Assembly: GCA_944390115.1 (NCBI GenBank)
Contig: CALXOW010000011.1
Span: 431-64,430 of the forward strand
Reading direction: 5' to 3'
From: an uncultured Anaerobiospirillum sp.
GTDB taxonomy: Bacteria > Pseudomonadota > Gammaproteobacteria > Enterobacterales > Succinivibrionaceae
Length of the DNA stretch: 64,000 bases
The position numbers and the translations under genes are program-made. Below the pieces are notes generated by a model that was not told where the DNA came from, did no database searches, and was given only the letters and a program-made list of their open reading frames with translations. Below are positions 1 to 9,024 of this stretch, piece after piece. Position 1 is the stretch's first letter; every line of letters begins with the position of its first letter.

Positions 1-450
1 ACGTCTAAGGTCGGCATCCTTCATCTGCATTAGATTGTTGCATGATGGGTTGGTTGGATGCATTGCGCGTATAAATATCTTTGCTGAACTTGAGCCGTTT
101 TTATATTTTTTTACAATCTCGAGTTCGCCATCTTTATTCAGAAGATACTCAGCCTTGAGATTTGTCTTATTAGTTGCGTCAATGACGATTTGTTCTGGTA
201 GATCAGAGAAGCAAACTGCGATGCTTATCTCCTGATCTTTTTCTGCGCAATTTCTTGCATCAACGTTCAAATCAGTTTTGTCGATTTTGTTGATAGCATC
301 TGTATCATTGAAAAATATATCCAATGCTTCTAAGAGAGTGGATTTGCCAATATCATTCTTGCCTACAAGTGCAGTTAAATTATCAAACTTAACTTCCACT
401 TCATCGCGGAAACCACGAAAATTCTTTAACTTAAGCTTTTCTATCTTCAT
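1..450 (-). CDS. OLD-family / AAA-type ATPase, N-terminal 150 aa only (gene runs off the left edge)
   Basis: Own reverse-strand translation from the ATG at 450 gives MKIEKLKLKNFRGFRDEVEVKFDNLTALVGKNDIGKSTLLEALDIFF... KNFRGF followed by Walker A GKNDIGKST is the N-terminal signature of OLD/GajA/AriA-type ATPases. The segment is clearly AT-rich (about one third GC) against GC-rich flanks. It is absent from the ORF track because no stop lies inside the window. Confidence 0.7.
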   Translation of the reverse strand, partial: MKIEKLKLKNFRGFRDEVEVKFDNLTALVGKNDIGKSTLLEALDIFFNDTDAINKIDKTDLNVDARNCAEKDQEISIAVCFSDLPEQIVIDATNKTNLKAEYLLNKDGELEIVKKYKNGSSSAKIFIRAMHPTNPSCNNLMQMKDADLRR

Positions 451-533
451 AATGATGTTCCATTTTGCAGTTAATTTTGTTAAGTTAATAGTTGTTTGGC
501 AATCTACTGCATTGGTAAACAGTAGAAGTGTGG

Positions 534-1268
534 CTAGAGCTTGCTTGGCTCAGGCAGAGTGCCGTGAGTGAGCAGGTAGTCGACAAAGGCAGGGAGGGTG
601 GAGCCTGCTTTGCCCAAGTAGCTTTGGGTGAAGACGCCGCTGTTGGCGCTTGGGGTGAGGTTAAACTCGAGGCACGGCTTGCCTTGGCGCGAGCAATAGG
701 AAACAAAGCCTGCGGCGGGGTAAACCACGCCTGAGGTGCCGATGGCCATAAAGAGGTCGCACTTTTGGATTTCGCGCTCAATGGCTTCCATGTGATACGG
801 GATCTCTCCAAACCACACGATGTCTGGGCGCATGGTCTTATGACCGCAGAACTTGCAGACCGTGGTGCCATCGCAGTCCTCATGCCACTCGTAGGACTTG
901 CCGCAGTGTTCACATAAGATCGAGTTGAGCTCGCCGTGCATGTGAATCACGTTATGGCTCTGGGCCTTCTCATGGAGGTCATCGATATTTTGGGTCACAA
1001 TGGTGACCGTACCGCCTTGCTTTTCGAGCTCAGTCTGGAGCTTGGTCAGAGCTAAGTGCGCTGGGTTTGGTTGCTTCTCTTTGACCGAGCGGCGCATGGT
1101 GTTGTAGAAGTCGTGCACCATCTGAGGATTGCGCTCAAAGCCCTCAGGGGTCGCCACATCCTCAACGCGGTGATTTTCCCACAAACCGTCCTCGGCTCTA
1201 AAGACCGGAATGCCTGACTCAGCCGAGATACCGGCGCCCGTTAACACCAAAATGTGCTTATAGCTCAT
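534..1268 (-). CDS. cobB: NAD-dependent protein deacylase, Sir2 family (CobB)
   Basis: 244-aa ORF with GAGISAESGIPVFR, QNIDDLHEKA, a catalytic HG, and two CxxC pairs (CEHC, CKFC) forming the sirtuin Zn ribbon. Confidence 0.9.
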   Translation of the reverse strand: MSYKHILVLTGAGISAESGIPVFRAEDGLWENHRVEDVATPEGFERNPQMVHDFYNTMRRSVKEKQPNPAHLALTKLQTELEKQGGTVTIVTQNIDDLHEKAQSHNVIHMHGELNSILCEHCGKSYEWHEDCDGTTVCKFCGHKTMRPDIVWFGEIPYHMEAIEREIQKCDLFMAIGTSGVVYPAAGFVSYCSRQGKPCLEFNLTPSANSGVFTQSYLGKAGSTLPAFVDYLLTHGTLPEPSKL

Positions 1269-1518
1269 TGCTCACTCCTTACGCCCTAAGCCTCTGGCCA
1301 TTATGAGCCCAAAGACCAGCTCTGGCACACTCTACCGCCTAAAGTCGAACCTCAGTCGCAAAAACACGGCAGCACATAGGCAAGCCTTAGCACAAAATTC
1401 CACTTGAAACTTGGACCATGGTCGCAAAACCCCAACATTCCAATGACTTTGGTTGCTGCAATGCGATAGTTCAGGCAAGACCGGCACTGCTAAAGCACGA
1501 TGGTACACGGCCTGAGGC

Positions 1519-1550
1519 TACAAAAACACAGCAGCCCCAAGCTTGGGGCT
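1519..1550 (-). terminator. Putative intrinsic terminator downstream of the aminopeptidase gene
   Basis: Perfect palindrome AGCCCCAAGCTTGGGGCT (1533-1550), followed on the minus strand by GCTGTGTTTTTGT. Confidence 0.45.
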
Positions 1551-1643
1551 TGAGGCTGCTTAAAGGTGCGCCCACGCTATCCGGCTCACAGGCCTAGAGG
1601 TGGGGAGCTTGGACTCACCGAGTCACAATGAGCTGGGTGCCTA

Positions 1644-3041
1644 TTAGTACTGGGCGCCGACCAGCCAGTGGGCGAGCGCCAGCACGGTGTTGCCGGTGGA
1701 ACCTGCGGCCAGGTATGGCGAGCTGTCGGCCTGATAGGCATTGGCCAGGTCTAAGTGGGCCCACTTGATTTCTGGGTCGACAAAGAACGATAAGAAGGCC
1801 GCTGCGGTCGAGGCACCTGGGGCGCCGTCACCGTGGCTGGTATTGGAGATGTCAGCGCGCTTAGCGGTGATGTAGCGCTTGTGATACTCCTTGAGTGGCA
1901 GCTGCCAGTACTCTTCGTTGGTGTAGGCAAAGGCCTGAGTTAACTGCTCGTCGAGCTTGTCCTCGCGGCAGAGAATGGCGCACATGTCGCGGCCAATCGC
2001 GATCTTGGCCGCACCGGTTAAGGTGGCGGCGTCTAAGATGAACTTAGGCTTATCCTTGCAGCCTAAGAGCAGGGCGTCGGCTAAGATCAGGCGGCCTTCG
2101 GCATCGGTGTTGCCGATTTCGACCGTGACCTTGTTAGGATAGGTGATGATGTCACCTGGCACCATGGCGTTGCTCGAGACGCGGTTCTCGCAGCAGGGCA
2201 GATAGCAGCGGATGTGCTTGTGCGCGTTCATGGCGGCAGCGAGCATGGTGGCGGCGGCCACGTAGATTAAGCCCGACTTGTCGGTGCGCATCGTCTCCAT
2301 AAACTTCGATGGCTTTAAGTCATAGCCACCGCTGTCAAAGGCAATGCCCTTGCCCACTAAGACGATATCGACCACGTCGTCCTTGGCGTTAGGGCCGACG
2401 TAATCAATCACGCCTAAGCACGGCTGGTGCTGGGCGCTATTGCCCACGGTTTGCAGACCAATGCAGTTTTGGTCAAAGAGCTCGTCACCGGCCATATAGA
2501 GCTTAAAGCTGAGCTTGCCCGCAGTGCCGCCATACTCCTTGCCAAACTGGAAAAAGGCCTCTTGCAGCTTGGTGAAGTAGGTTTGCACTAAGTCGACCGT
2601 GTGGTATTGGTTGTTGGAGCTGTTGGCAAAGATGCGGGCTAAGGTGATAAAGGTGACGTCACGACGTACGGCCGTTAAGACCGCATCCTTGAGGTCAAGC
2701 GCGACGGTGAGCCCGGTGCGCTCTAACGGCTCACTGTAAAGGCCTACAATAAGCTGAGCGGCGGTTAAGGCCGTGAGCTCTAAGCCTAAGTCGTCACTTA
2801 AGCTGACGGCGACCTTGTTTAAGCCTAAAGTGCCAATGGTGCGCCCGGCCTTTTGCAGCGCGCGGCTATCCTTGGTGTCCACAAAGACATCAAAGCCGCC
2901 TTTCTTATTAGGAACGGCGGCGGTGCCTTCGACATAGCACGAGGCTGGGGTGCCTTTAACTAAACGCACCGCGCCAAAGGAGTCATCGACTGCGGCAAAA
3001 TTTACAATTTCAATGGGAATTAGAGCAGAGCTTTCCATCAC
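1644..3041 (-). CDS. pepB: M17 family leucyl aminopeptidase, PepB-like
   Basis: 465-aa ORF with VGKGIAFDSGGYDLKPS and NTDAEGRLILADALLL, the M17 metal-binding and active-site motifs. The GGY..K variant resembles PepB more than PepA. Confidence 0.75.
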   Translation of the reverse strand: MMESSALIPIEIVNFAAVDDSFGAVRLVKGTPASCYVEGTAAVPNKKGGFDVFVDTKDSRALQKAGRTIGTLGLNKVAVSLSDDLGLELTALTAAQLIVGLYSEPLERTGLTVALDLKDAVLTAVRRDVTFITLARIFANSSNNQYHTVDLVQTYFTKLQEAFFQFGKEYGGTAGKLSFKLYMAGDELFDQNCIGLQTVGNSAQHQPCLGVIDYVGPNAKDDVVDIVLVGKGIAFDSGGYDLKPSKFMETMRTDKSGLIYVAAATMLAAAMNAHKHIRCYLPCCENRVSSNAMVPGDIITYPNKVTVEIGNTDAEGRLILADALLLGCKDKPKFILDAATLTGAAKIAIGRDMCAILCREDKLDEQLTQAFAYTNEEYWQLPLKEYHKRYITAKRADISNTSHGDGAPGASTAAAFLSFFVDPEIKWAHLDLANAYQADSSPYLAAGSTGNTVLALAHWLVGAQY

Positions 3042-3501
3042 TCATCCTCGCGCTGCGGCCTCAAGGCCGTAAATAAATAAAAAACGGGATCTATTTTAGC
3101 CCCCTTTTGCGCGTGGTTACGCTTTTTGCGACTTTAAGCGCAGCGCGGTGCCCCAGAGTGCGGCTGGTTCTCATCCGAGGTGGGCGGTTGCTGTTTGGGC
3201 TTTTGCCTCCTTGGTTTTAACTAGGACCGAGTGACGCTCAAGACCTAAGTACCGCCATTTAATGGGACAGCAACCACCACCTAAGGCAGTCCCTAAAAGA
3301 CTCACTGCCAATGCTGCGTTCCAGAGTGGAGAGGAGATTTCAGGCAGGTTGGCTTGAAAGGGAGGCGGGACCGCTCGGAAGGTGAGGTTAGCGGTACTTG
3401 CTCGCTAAAGGGCACATGATGCTGTGGCAAGTTATGAGTTGGCATAAGCGTGGTTTTTGGGGTAAGCGCAGTTTAGCCTGCGCTGCTGGGGCCCAGCTGT
3501 A

Positions 3502-3670
3502 ATTTGCGGGCAGGCGTAGCGTATTGGCCTGCGCGGCTGGGGTGCCCTGCTAGAATTTGCAGGCAGGCGCAGTGTAGCAGTCCGCGTGGCTTGTTCGCCC
3601 ATCTTGGATTTGCGGCAGGTGCAGCGTATTGGCCTGTGCGCCTGAGGCGCCCTGGGGTTTGCGGGCAGGC
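3502..3670. repeat. Degenerate tandem repeat family A, 4 copies, about 53-bp period
   Basis: The core (A/G)TTTGC(G/A)GGCAGG(C/T)G starts at 3502, 3555, 3608 and 3657. GCGTATTGGCCTG(C/T)GC recurs in copies 1 and 3. Confidence 0.7.
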
Positions 3671-3691
3671 GTTGTGCGCGCCGTAAGCGCT

Positions 3692-3935
3692 GTTCTATCT
3701 GAAGTCGTTGGGTAAACGGCAGACGCTGCTCAAAGGCGCCAGCGTCGTTCTATCTGAGTTTGCTATCCAGCGGCCGACGCAGCTCAAGGCGCCATTACCG
3801 TTCTATCGGAAACGACCGGCCAGCGACAAACACAGCTCAGGCGCCAGCGTCGTTCTATCTGAATACGCTCTGCCAGCGGCCAACACTCGCCAGCACCGTG
3901 CTACCTAAAACGCTCTGCTCGCGGCCAACGCTTTT
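3692..3935. repeat. Degenerate tandem repeat family B, 4-5 copies, about 53-bp period
   Basis: The core GTTCTATC(T/G)GA starts at 3692, 3747, 3800 and 3852, with a decayed copy near 3899. Each unit also carries CAGCGGCC(G/A)AC or GGCGCCAGC. Confidence 0.7.
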
Positions 3936-3954
3936 AAGTCGCCCGTTCCGGGCT

Positions 3955-3990
3955 CACAACAAAAAGCCCCGGCTCTGGGAGCCGGGGGCG
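3955..3990 (-). terminator. Intrinsic terminator of the 1141-aa gene
   Basis: On the minus strand, the hairpin GCCCCGGCTC-CCAG-AGCCGGGGC is followed by TTTTTGTTGT, about 35 nt after the stop at 4024. Confidence 0.6.
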
Positions 3991-4023
3991 ACATACAACA
4001 GGAGGTGATGTGTATTGGGTTGG

Positions 4024-7000
4024 TTATAAGAGTAGGTTGTTAGGGCAGTGCGGACACAGCTGCTCGTGCTCCGCGTCGTACCGGTCGAGCTGAGGGTTGA
4101 ACACAATGCTGCTGTGGCCACATTGGCATTGCACCGCTAAGGCCTCTTGGTTCTCAAGCGCCTCTAAGGCGTACAAGAACAGGCCAAAGCTTGGGAAGTG
4201 CGCGCTGTCCGCTTTTTCTTGCTTTGGGGTCAGATCCTGGGCGCTGACCTCAGGCAGGTCCGCTAAGTGGCTAAGCTCCCTTGCGCCCTGATAGACCGCT
4301 GCGGCCAAGAAGAAATTGATTTGGCCTTGGTACGATCCATTGCGGTTAGCACAACAGGCGTTTAGCTCAGGGCAGCTTAGGACTTGGTACTGGGTTTTAT
4401 GGTCTGGCCCAAAGCTGCGGCCATGCTGGAGTTGCGTTAAGACGTAATGTTGCGCAAAGGTCAGAGGATGGCTTAGTTCCTGGTTGACCTTGGTGGTCCT
4501 GATTTGCTCGCGCGTCCACAGCGGCAGCGCTTGCTCGAGATTGCTGTGTTGTCCTTGCAGGGCAAAGCTGCGGCTGTAGAACTGCGTAGGGCTGGTGCGC
4601 TCTAGCGCTTGGGCACTGCGCTTGAGCTGAGGCACTAAGTGCTGGGCGCGCTCGAGCTCAGTGCTAGGCTTAGTAAAGTACAAGCTCAGGTCACAATAGA
4701 GCGGCTCCAGCTCATCGTGCTCGCAGATTGCGGGGAGTGGCTGTGGCTGGAGGCGCAAGTCGGAGCTCAGGACGCGCTTACCACGGGTGCGGCGGCCACT
4801 GGGGTCAGGGTCAAAATGCGCTAAGTTTAAGCGGTGCTCGAGGTGCGCGGCGCGATTGAGGCGCTGTGGGCGCGAGCTTAAGGCAAAGGGCTGGCCCAGG
4901 CGCGCGCCACAAAAGTGGAGATCGGGACGGGCACTGGTGGCGGTCAGCACCAAACGCAGTACCGCGTTCGAGATCTCTTGGTGGTGCCTGCGGGGATCAA
5001 GCGGCGTTAAGGGCAGCCTGATGTGCTCTTGATAGAGCAGGCCTTGGCGTCGGAGCTCACTGTAGTAATGGCGCACCAGCGCCTTAAGATAGAGCGCGGT
5101 CGCAGCTTGATTGAGCAGGTCATTGAGCGACGGCGCTTTTGGCGGTTGGGCCTTGAGCGACTGAGCTTGGGGCTGAACCTTACTCGACTGGGCCTTGAGG
5201 GGCTGGGTCTTGGGCTGTTGAGCTTTGGGCTGCTGAGCCTTGCTCGATTGAGCCTGGGACGGCTGGGCTTGGGGCTGAGCCTTATTCGGCTGGGAGTCGG
5301 GGCTAGATTTGGCCACGAGCTGATTGAGCTTGCGCCGGGTGGTGATGCAATAGTAGGCGCACAGCTCATGACTTAAGCCACTTTGGGCCAGGAGCTTGAT
5401 TTGCAGCGTCTCATAGTCGGGAATGGGGCGCTGGTCTTTAGGCTTTAAAAAGAGCTGCTCCTCCTTGAGCAGCGGGGTGGACTCACTGCGCGCCGCTTCG
5501 CTTAAGTACGTGCGCAAAATGCTGTGCGGCGCTGCCAGAATCGCTGCTAACTTGGACTCGTGGCCCGCGCTATAAGTCAGGCTTTGCTCGAGACTATAGG
5601 CGCGCGCCAGGTGTCCGGTTAAAGTGCGGCGGCTTTGCTCGCTGCCATCGTAGCTGTGGCTTGGTGTTGTGAGTAAGTGCTGGGTCGCGTGATACCACGG
5701 AATGCCGTCGTGGCTAAAGAGCGGCGGGTAATAAGAGGCATCGGGGCAGGTGCACAGCTGCTCTAATTGCTGCCAGTAGGCGGCAACGCGCTCACTCTCC
5801 CAGGCTTTGAGTAAGGACAGGGCCGTGGTGGCGTCCTCTGGGGCCGGGGCCATGATACTAGGCAGGGCATAGAGCTTGACCTCATGACCCCAATAGCACC
5901 CTCCGGCGAGCTCTGAGCTTAACTGCTGTGGTACGGGCGGATGCCGTAATTGCTCGATTTCCGCCAGCTCAGTCAGTTTGCGCTCCGGGGGACGCGGGTT
6001 GACGCGCCTTGGGTCATGGCTGTGTAAGCGCTGGCTTTGGAGCTTGGTGCGGGCCACTAGGGCGGCATCAGCGCCTAAGTTTGAGGCATCGACCACCACC
6101 TCCCAGGGCTGGTACGTGGCCACGAGATTTTGCACCTGCTCAGGCGCTTTATTTAGGCACAGGCGCTCAAAACCGGCGCACAGATAGTCTAAGGTCAGAT
6201 CGTGATCTGGCGTTTTGGTTGGCAGATAGTGACTGCGTAAGCTGCGCTCTTGGTCCCACCAGTGATGGGGCGTGCCCACCAGCTCTGGTGCACTCTGCGG
6301 TGTGGTGAGCGTCGGGCTTGCTTGATGCTGCGGGCGGATCCAGTCTTGGTATTGGCCGATGAGCAATTGCGGCACGCCCGCCCCCACTAAGTTCTCTTGT
6401 TGCTGGAGGGCGCGCTTTTGTTCTAAGAAGGCGCGCTCGGCGCTGCGCTCGCTTAAGGCTTCACCTAGGCTGCTTGGGTGGTCGTGGCTGGTGTAGAGCT
6501 CACGGTAGAGCTGAGTGCGGCTTTGCTCTAAGCTTACGCCCCCAACACTGTAGTAAAAGAGCGCAAAGAGCTCCCGATAGCGCTGGGCCGCTTGGTTTAA
6601 GCACTCATAGTAGGGCTGAGCGCGCTCTTGCTCATCGCTGGTGAAGATCGGCAGAGTGCAAAAGCCGGTGTGCTCAAAGAGCAAGCCATAGACATCCAAG
6701 AGCAGATTGCAGTCGGGATCGAGGCGCATCAGTCCCTGGGGCGTACTAATCGTGAGCTTGCCTTCCGGCAGAAGCGTGTTTTGAGTGAGCGCCTGATAGG
6801 CCGGACTACGCCAGGTCTGTAAATCGGCCGCTTTAGGGGTGCCGCTAAAAAAGCTACAGCAGGTCTGGGGCTGTGCTTGCGGCAGTACGAGCGCAGGAGC
6901 GTCGGCCGCAGTGAGGAGCTGATCAGTGCTTACCAGCACGCCGTCCTCATTAGGGCTGACGCGGCCACGCTTAAGAGCGCTGTCCGCGCTCCGGGACTGG

Positions 7001-7449
7001 GCACTACGCGGCGGGACGCTTGTGGCGCGCGTTACCGCGCTCGGGCGCGGATCCCAGTCTGAGTCTGGGCTGGAGCTTTTGAGCGCCAGGGTTAAGTGCT
7101 GATAGTCCTGATCGACGCTGGTGTGGCGCACTACTTGGTAGTGCTCTTCAGGGTCGAGGTACTTAAGTAAGGGCTGCGAGAGCGCCTCTAAACCAGAGGC
7201 GACCAGTTGGAGCTGCTCTGAGGTGATAAGCGGCGCGATTTGCTCGGGGGTGAGCGGTGCGTGGCTGAGCGTGATGGCCTCTGCGCGCGGCGGCGTGGTC
7301 AGCGGCGCCACGGAGTGGGTCAGCGCGGCGGCGCGCTGCGGGAGGTTGAGGCCAGGGCCGGAGTTGAGCTCAGGACCTGCCAGATCCACTAAGGAGAGCT
7401 GGGGCGCAAGGCGGCGGCGTGAGGTGGCCGTGGTAGTTAATTTAGGCAT
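4024..7449 (-). CDS. Large hypothetical protein (1141 aa) with C-terminal CxC...CxxC zinc-ribbon-like motif and internal Q/P/K/A repeat
   Basis: Uninterrupted 3.4-kb ORF with AGGAGG 5 nt upstream of the ATG at 7449. The C-terminus reads QCQCGHSSIVFNPQLDRYDAEHEQLCPHCP. I recognise no family. Confidence 0.6.
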   Translation of the reverse strand: MPKLTTTATSRRRLAPQLSLVDLAGPELNSGPGLNLPQRAAALTHSVAPLTTPPRAEAITLSHAPLTPEQIAPLITSEQLQLVASGLEALSQPLLKYLDPEEHYQVVRHTSVDQDYQHLTLALKSSSPDSDWDPRPSAVTRATSVPPRSAQSRSADSALKRGRVSPNEDGVLVSTDQLLTAADAPALVLPQAQPQTCCSFFSGTPKAADLQTWRSPAYQALTQNTLLPEGKLTISTPQGLMRLDPDCNLLLDVYGLLFEHTGFCTLPIFTSDEQERAQPYYECLNQAAQRYRELFALFYYSVGGVSLEQSRTQLYRELYTSHDHPSSLGEALSERSAERAFLEQKRALQQQENLVGAGVPQLLIGQYQDWIRPQHQASPTLTTPQSAPELVGTPHHWWDQERSLRSHYLPTKTPDHDLTLDYLCAGFERLCLNKAPEQVQNLVATYQPWEVVVDASNLGADAALVARTKLQSQRLHSHDPRRVNPRPPERKLTELAEIEQLRHPPVPQQLSSELAGGCYWGHEVKLYALPSIMAPAPEDATTALSLLKAWESERVAAYWQQLEQLCTCPDASYYPPLFSHDGIPWYHATQHLLTTPSHSYDGSEQSRRTLTGHLARAYSLEQSLTYSAGHESKLAAILAAPHSILRTYLSEAARSESTPLLKEEQLFLKPKDQRPIPDYETLQIKLLAQSGLSHELCAYYCITTRRKLNQLVAKSSPDSQPNKAQPQAQPSQAQSSKAQQPKAQQPKTQPLKAQSSKVQPQAQSLKAQPPKAPSLNDLLNQAATALYLKALVRHYYSELRRQGLLYQEHIRLPLTPLDPRRHHQEISNAVLRLVLTATSARPDLHFCGARLGQPFALSSRPQRLNRAAHLEHRLNLAHFDPDPSGRRTRGKRVLSSDLRLQPQPLPAICEHDELEPLYCDLSLYFTKPSTELERAQHLVPQLKRSAQALERTSPTQFYSRSFALQGQHSNLEQALPLWTREQIRTTKVNQELSHPLTFAQHYVLTQLQHGRSFGPDHKTQYQVLSCPELNACCANRNGSYQGQINFFLAAAVYQGARELSHLADLPEVSAQDLTPKQEKADSAHFPSFGLFLYALEALENQEALAVQCQCGHSSIVFNPQLDRYDAEHEQLCPHCPNNLLL

Positions 7450-7460
7450 AGGCGCCTCCT

Positions 7461-8246
7461 TTACTTGAGCTCAACAATGCTCATAACCGCTGGGTCTTGC
7501 TCAGCACAGCGCTCGCTGCACTCCGTGCTAAGCTCGGTCACCTCAAGCTGCGGGCCTGGGGCCTGCGTCGGCGCGTGGGCTAACTGCCATGAGCTCAGCG
7601 CGCTTGGGCGCTGGGTAGCGCTATTGAGGCGTCCGGTGTCATTGAGTGTGTTCGGGCACTCAGGTGCTGCGTTCAGCTGGCCGGTGGCGCGAGTCGAGCG
7701 CGGCTCGGCGCTGCGCGCTGGTGTCGCGTTCAGCTTGCGCTCAGCTAAGCGCTGTGCGCTGCGCCCACGTGGGGCAGGATGCGTGGAGGCTGGCTCAGTC
7801 GCGATAGCAGCCCCCGTCTTAGCGACTGTCTCAGTTGGAGCGAGATGCTCGGTTGGTGCGGCGGCACGCGGTGCTGGGGTGCGCTCAGTGTTGGGTGCCT
7901 GGTCAGTAGGGACCGGCGGTTCGATGACGCGTGGGCCAGTGGTCGGTGGGGCTTTGCTCGGGCGGCACGCCAGGCTGCGACAGAGCGTGGTGAGGTTTAA
8001 GGGCTGAAGCTGCGGACAGGTGTTCTGAGCAGGGAAGGGAGCGGCGTACGAGTAGCAGGGCGTGCGCTTTAGGGACGATGGCGCTTGGGGGTAAGCAGCA
8101 CGGGGCGCCGAGGTGGCTGGGGTAAGGGCAGAACACAAAGGCGCGCTGTCTGGGGCACTGGTGGCTCGTGCGGTACTACGCGTGCGTGCGGGCTGGGGGT
8201 GTTGCTGGTGGGCCCTAAGGCCGTAAGTGGGATTGGGGTGTGACAT
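7461..8246 (-). CDS. Hypothetical Pro/Ala/Thr-rich, probably disordered protein; start uncertain (8246 or 8306)
   Basis: The ORF ends 11 nt before the start of the 1141-aa gene, with its stop abutting that gene's AGGAGG. GGAG lies 9 nt upstream of the ATG at 8246. The composition is low-complexity and an opposite-strand ORF also exists, so coding status is not certain. Confidence 0.4.
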   Translation of the reverse strand: MSHPNPTYGLRAHQQHPQPARTRSTARATSAPDSAPLCSALTPATSAPRAAYPQAPSSLKRTPCYSYAAPFPAQNTCPQLQPLNLTTLCRSLACRPSKAPPTTGPRVIEPPVPTDQAPNTERTPAPRAAAPTEHLAPTETVAKTGAAIATEPASTHPAPRGRSAQRLAERKLNATPARSAEPRSTRATGQLNAAPECPNTLNDTGRLNSATQRPSALSSWQLAHAPTQAPGPQLEVTELSTECSERCAEQDPAVMSIVELK

Positions 8247-9008
8247 CAGAGCAGACTCCATAGTTGATGAGGGTGGGGTGCAAACCCAGCTGCACCCCAA
8301 GGTCACAAGGGAGGCGGCACGGGAGCGTGGTGTCTTAAGACTGAGCGCAGGACATGATTAAAACCATAGGGGGCTTTAAGCCCCAAGAGAGCACAGAGAA
8401 AAGAAAGCAAACTTCCATCGGTTTGCACCCAGGGCAGCACCGGCTGCACCTAGGGCTTAAGTTAGCCCCGTGAGCGATCCCAATTTGTGGAGACGCTCGC
8501 AGAAAAGCTGGAGCTAGCAATGACCCCGCACAATGCCCCGTGCTGACCGGGCGTAAAGCCCCATGGGGCGGGCCTTGGCGTGCAGTTAAGGTGGCTTGGA
8601 GCCACTTAGGACCAAGCCTTAGGTAAAAGTAGGTCCTTAGGCTTAAATAGGGGCTTTGTTTTGTGATGACGTACGCAAAAGGGCCTTTTGTGACCGTGGT
8701 TCCAAGTTTTGTCTTTGCCCTCAGATTTTTGCGGCGCACAGGTGCCCGGAGATCGCCCTTGAGTACGAGATCAGAAAACTCATTGGAGTGTGCCGCCCGC
8801 GCTCAGAAAGCCCGTGCTTGTAGCGACCAAGGGCGCCGTCGTTTACGGGATTGGCTCACCGGCCATGGGTTGGACTGCGAGCGCTTGGTATGTGCGGAAT
8901 TGGCTTGCGGCTCAAGAATGTGGGGCGCGCTCAGCGCGCCTGCTGGGGATAAGGTGAAACTGCCCGCCTGCCTCTTAGGGCCGCGTCAGCTAAGCTGAGC
9001 TTGCTGGT

Positions 9009-9024
9009 CCCCGCTCAGACGGTT
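9009..9024. repeat. Left copy of a 16-bp perfect direct repeat CCCCGCTCAGACGGTT
   Basis: An identical 16-mer occurs at 10912-10927. The pair brackets the AT-rich Rpn segment. Confidence 0.8.

Noticed and set aside
485-913. 142-aa ORF (and 528..734) overlapping cobB in other frames or on the other strand
   Set aside because: These are shadow ORFs in GC-rich DNA. The cobB frame carries unmistakable sirtuin motifs, and the alternatives are low-complexity Ala/Ser/Pro strings.
534-1268. Sir2 protein next to an OLD ATPase as a possible SIR2-based defence effector
   Set aside because: The sequence is a canonical CobB with a full NAD pocket and Zn ribbon at host-like GC content. Defence-type SIR2 domains are highly divergent and usually fused or co-operonic. 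The composition break lies between the two genes.
5007-5376. Paired 120-aa and 117-aa ORFs on opposite strands
   Set aside because: They are artefacts of the short-period repeat inside the 1141-aa gene, and both translate to monotonous repeat peptides.
7465-8007. 180-aa plus-strand ORF opposite the Pro/Ala-rich minus-strand ORF
   Set aside because: It has no RBS, and it runs antisense to an ORF that is translationally coupled to the downstream 1141-aa gene. Residual ambiguity is reflected in the low confidence given to 7461..8246.
8335-8998. Track ORFs of 134 aa (minus) and 111 aa (plus), and a possible known housekeeping RNA
   Set aside because: The translations are Arg/Cys/Pro-rich with no RBS. 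By eye there is no resemblance to RNase P RNA, tmRNA, 6S or SRP RNA. The region is kept only as a low-interest non-coding observation.
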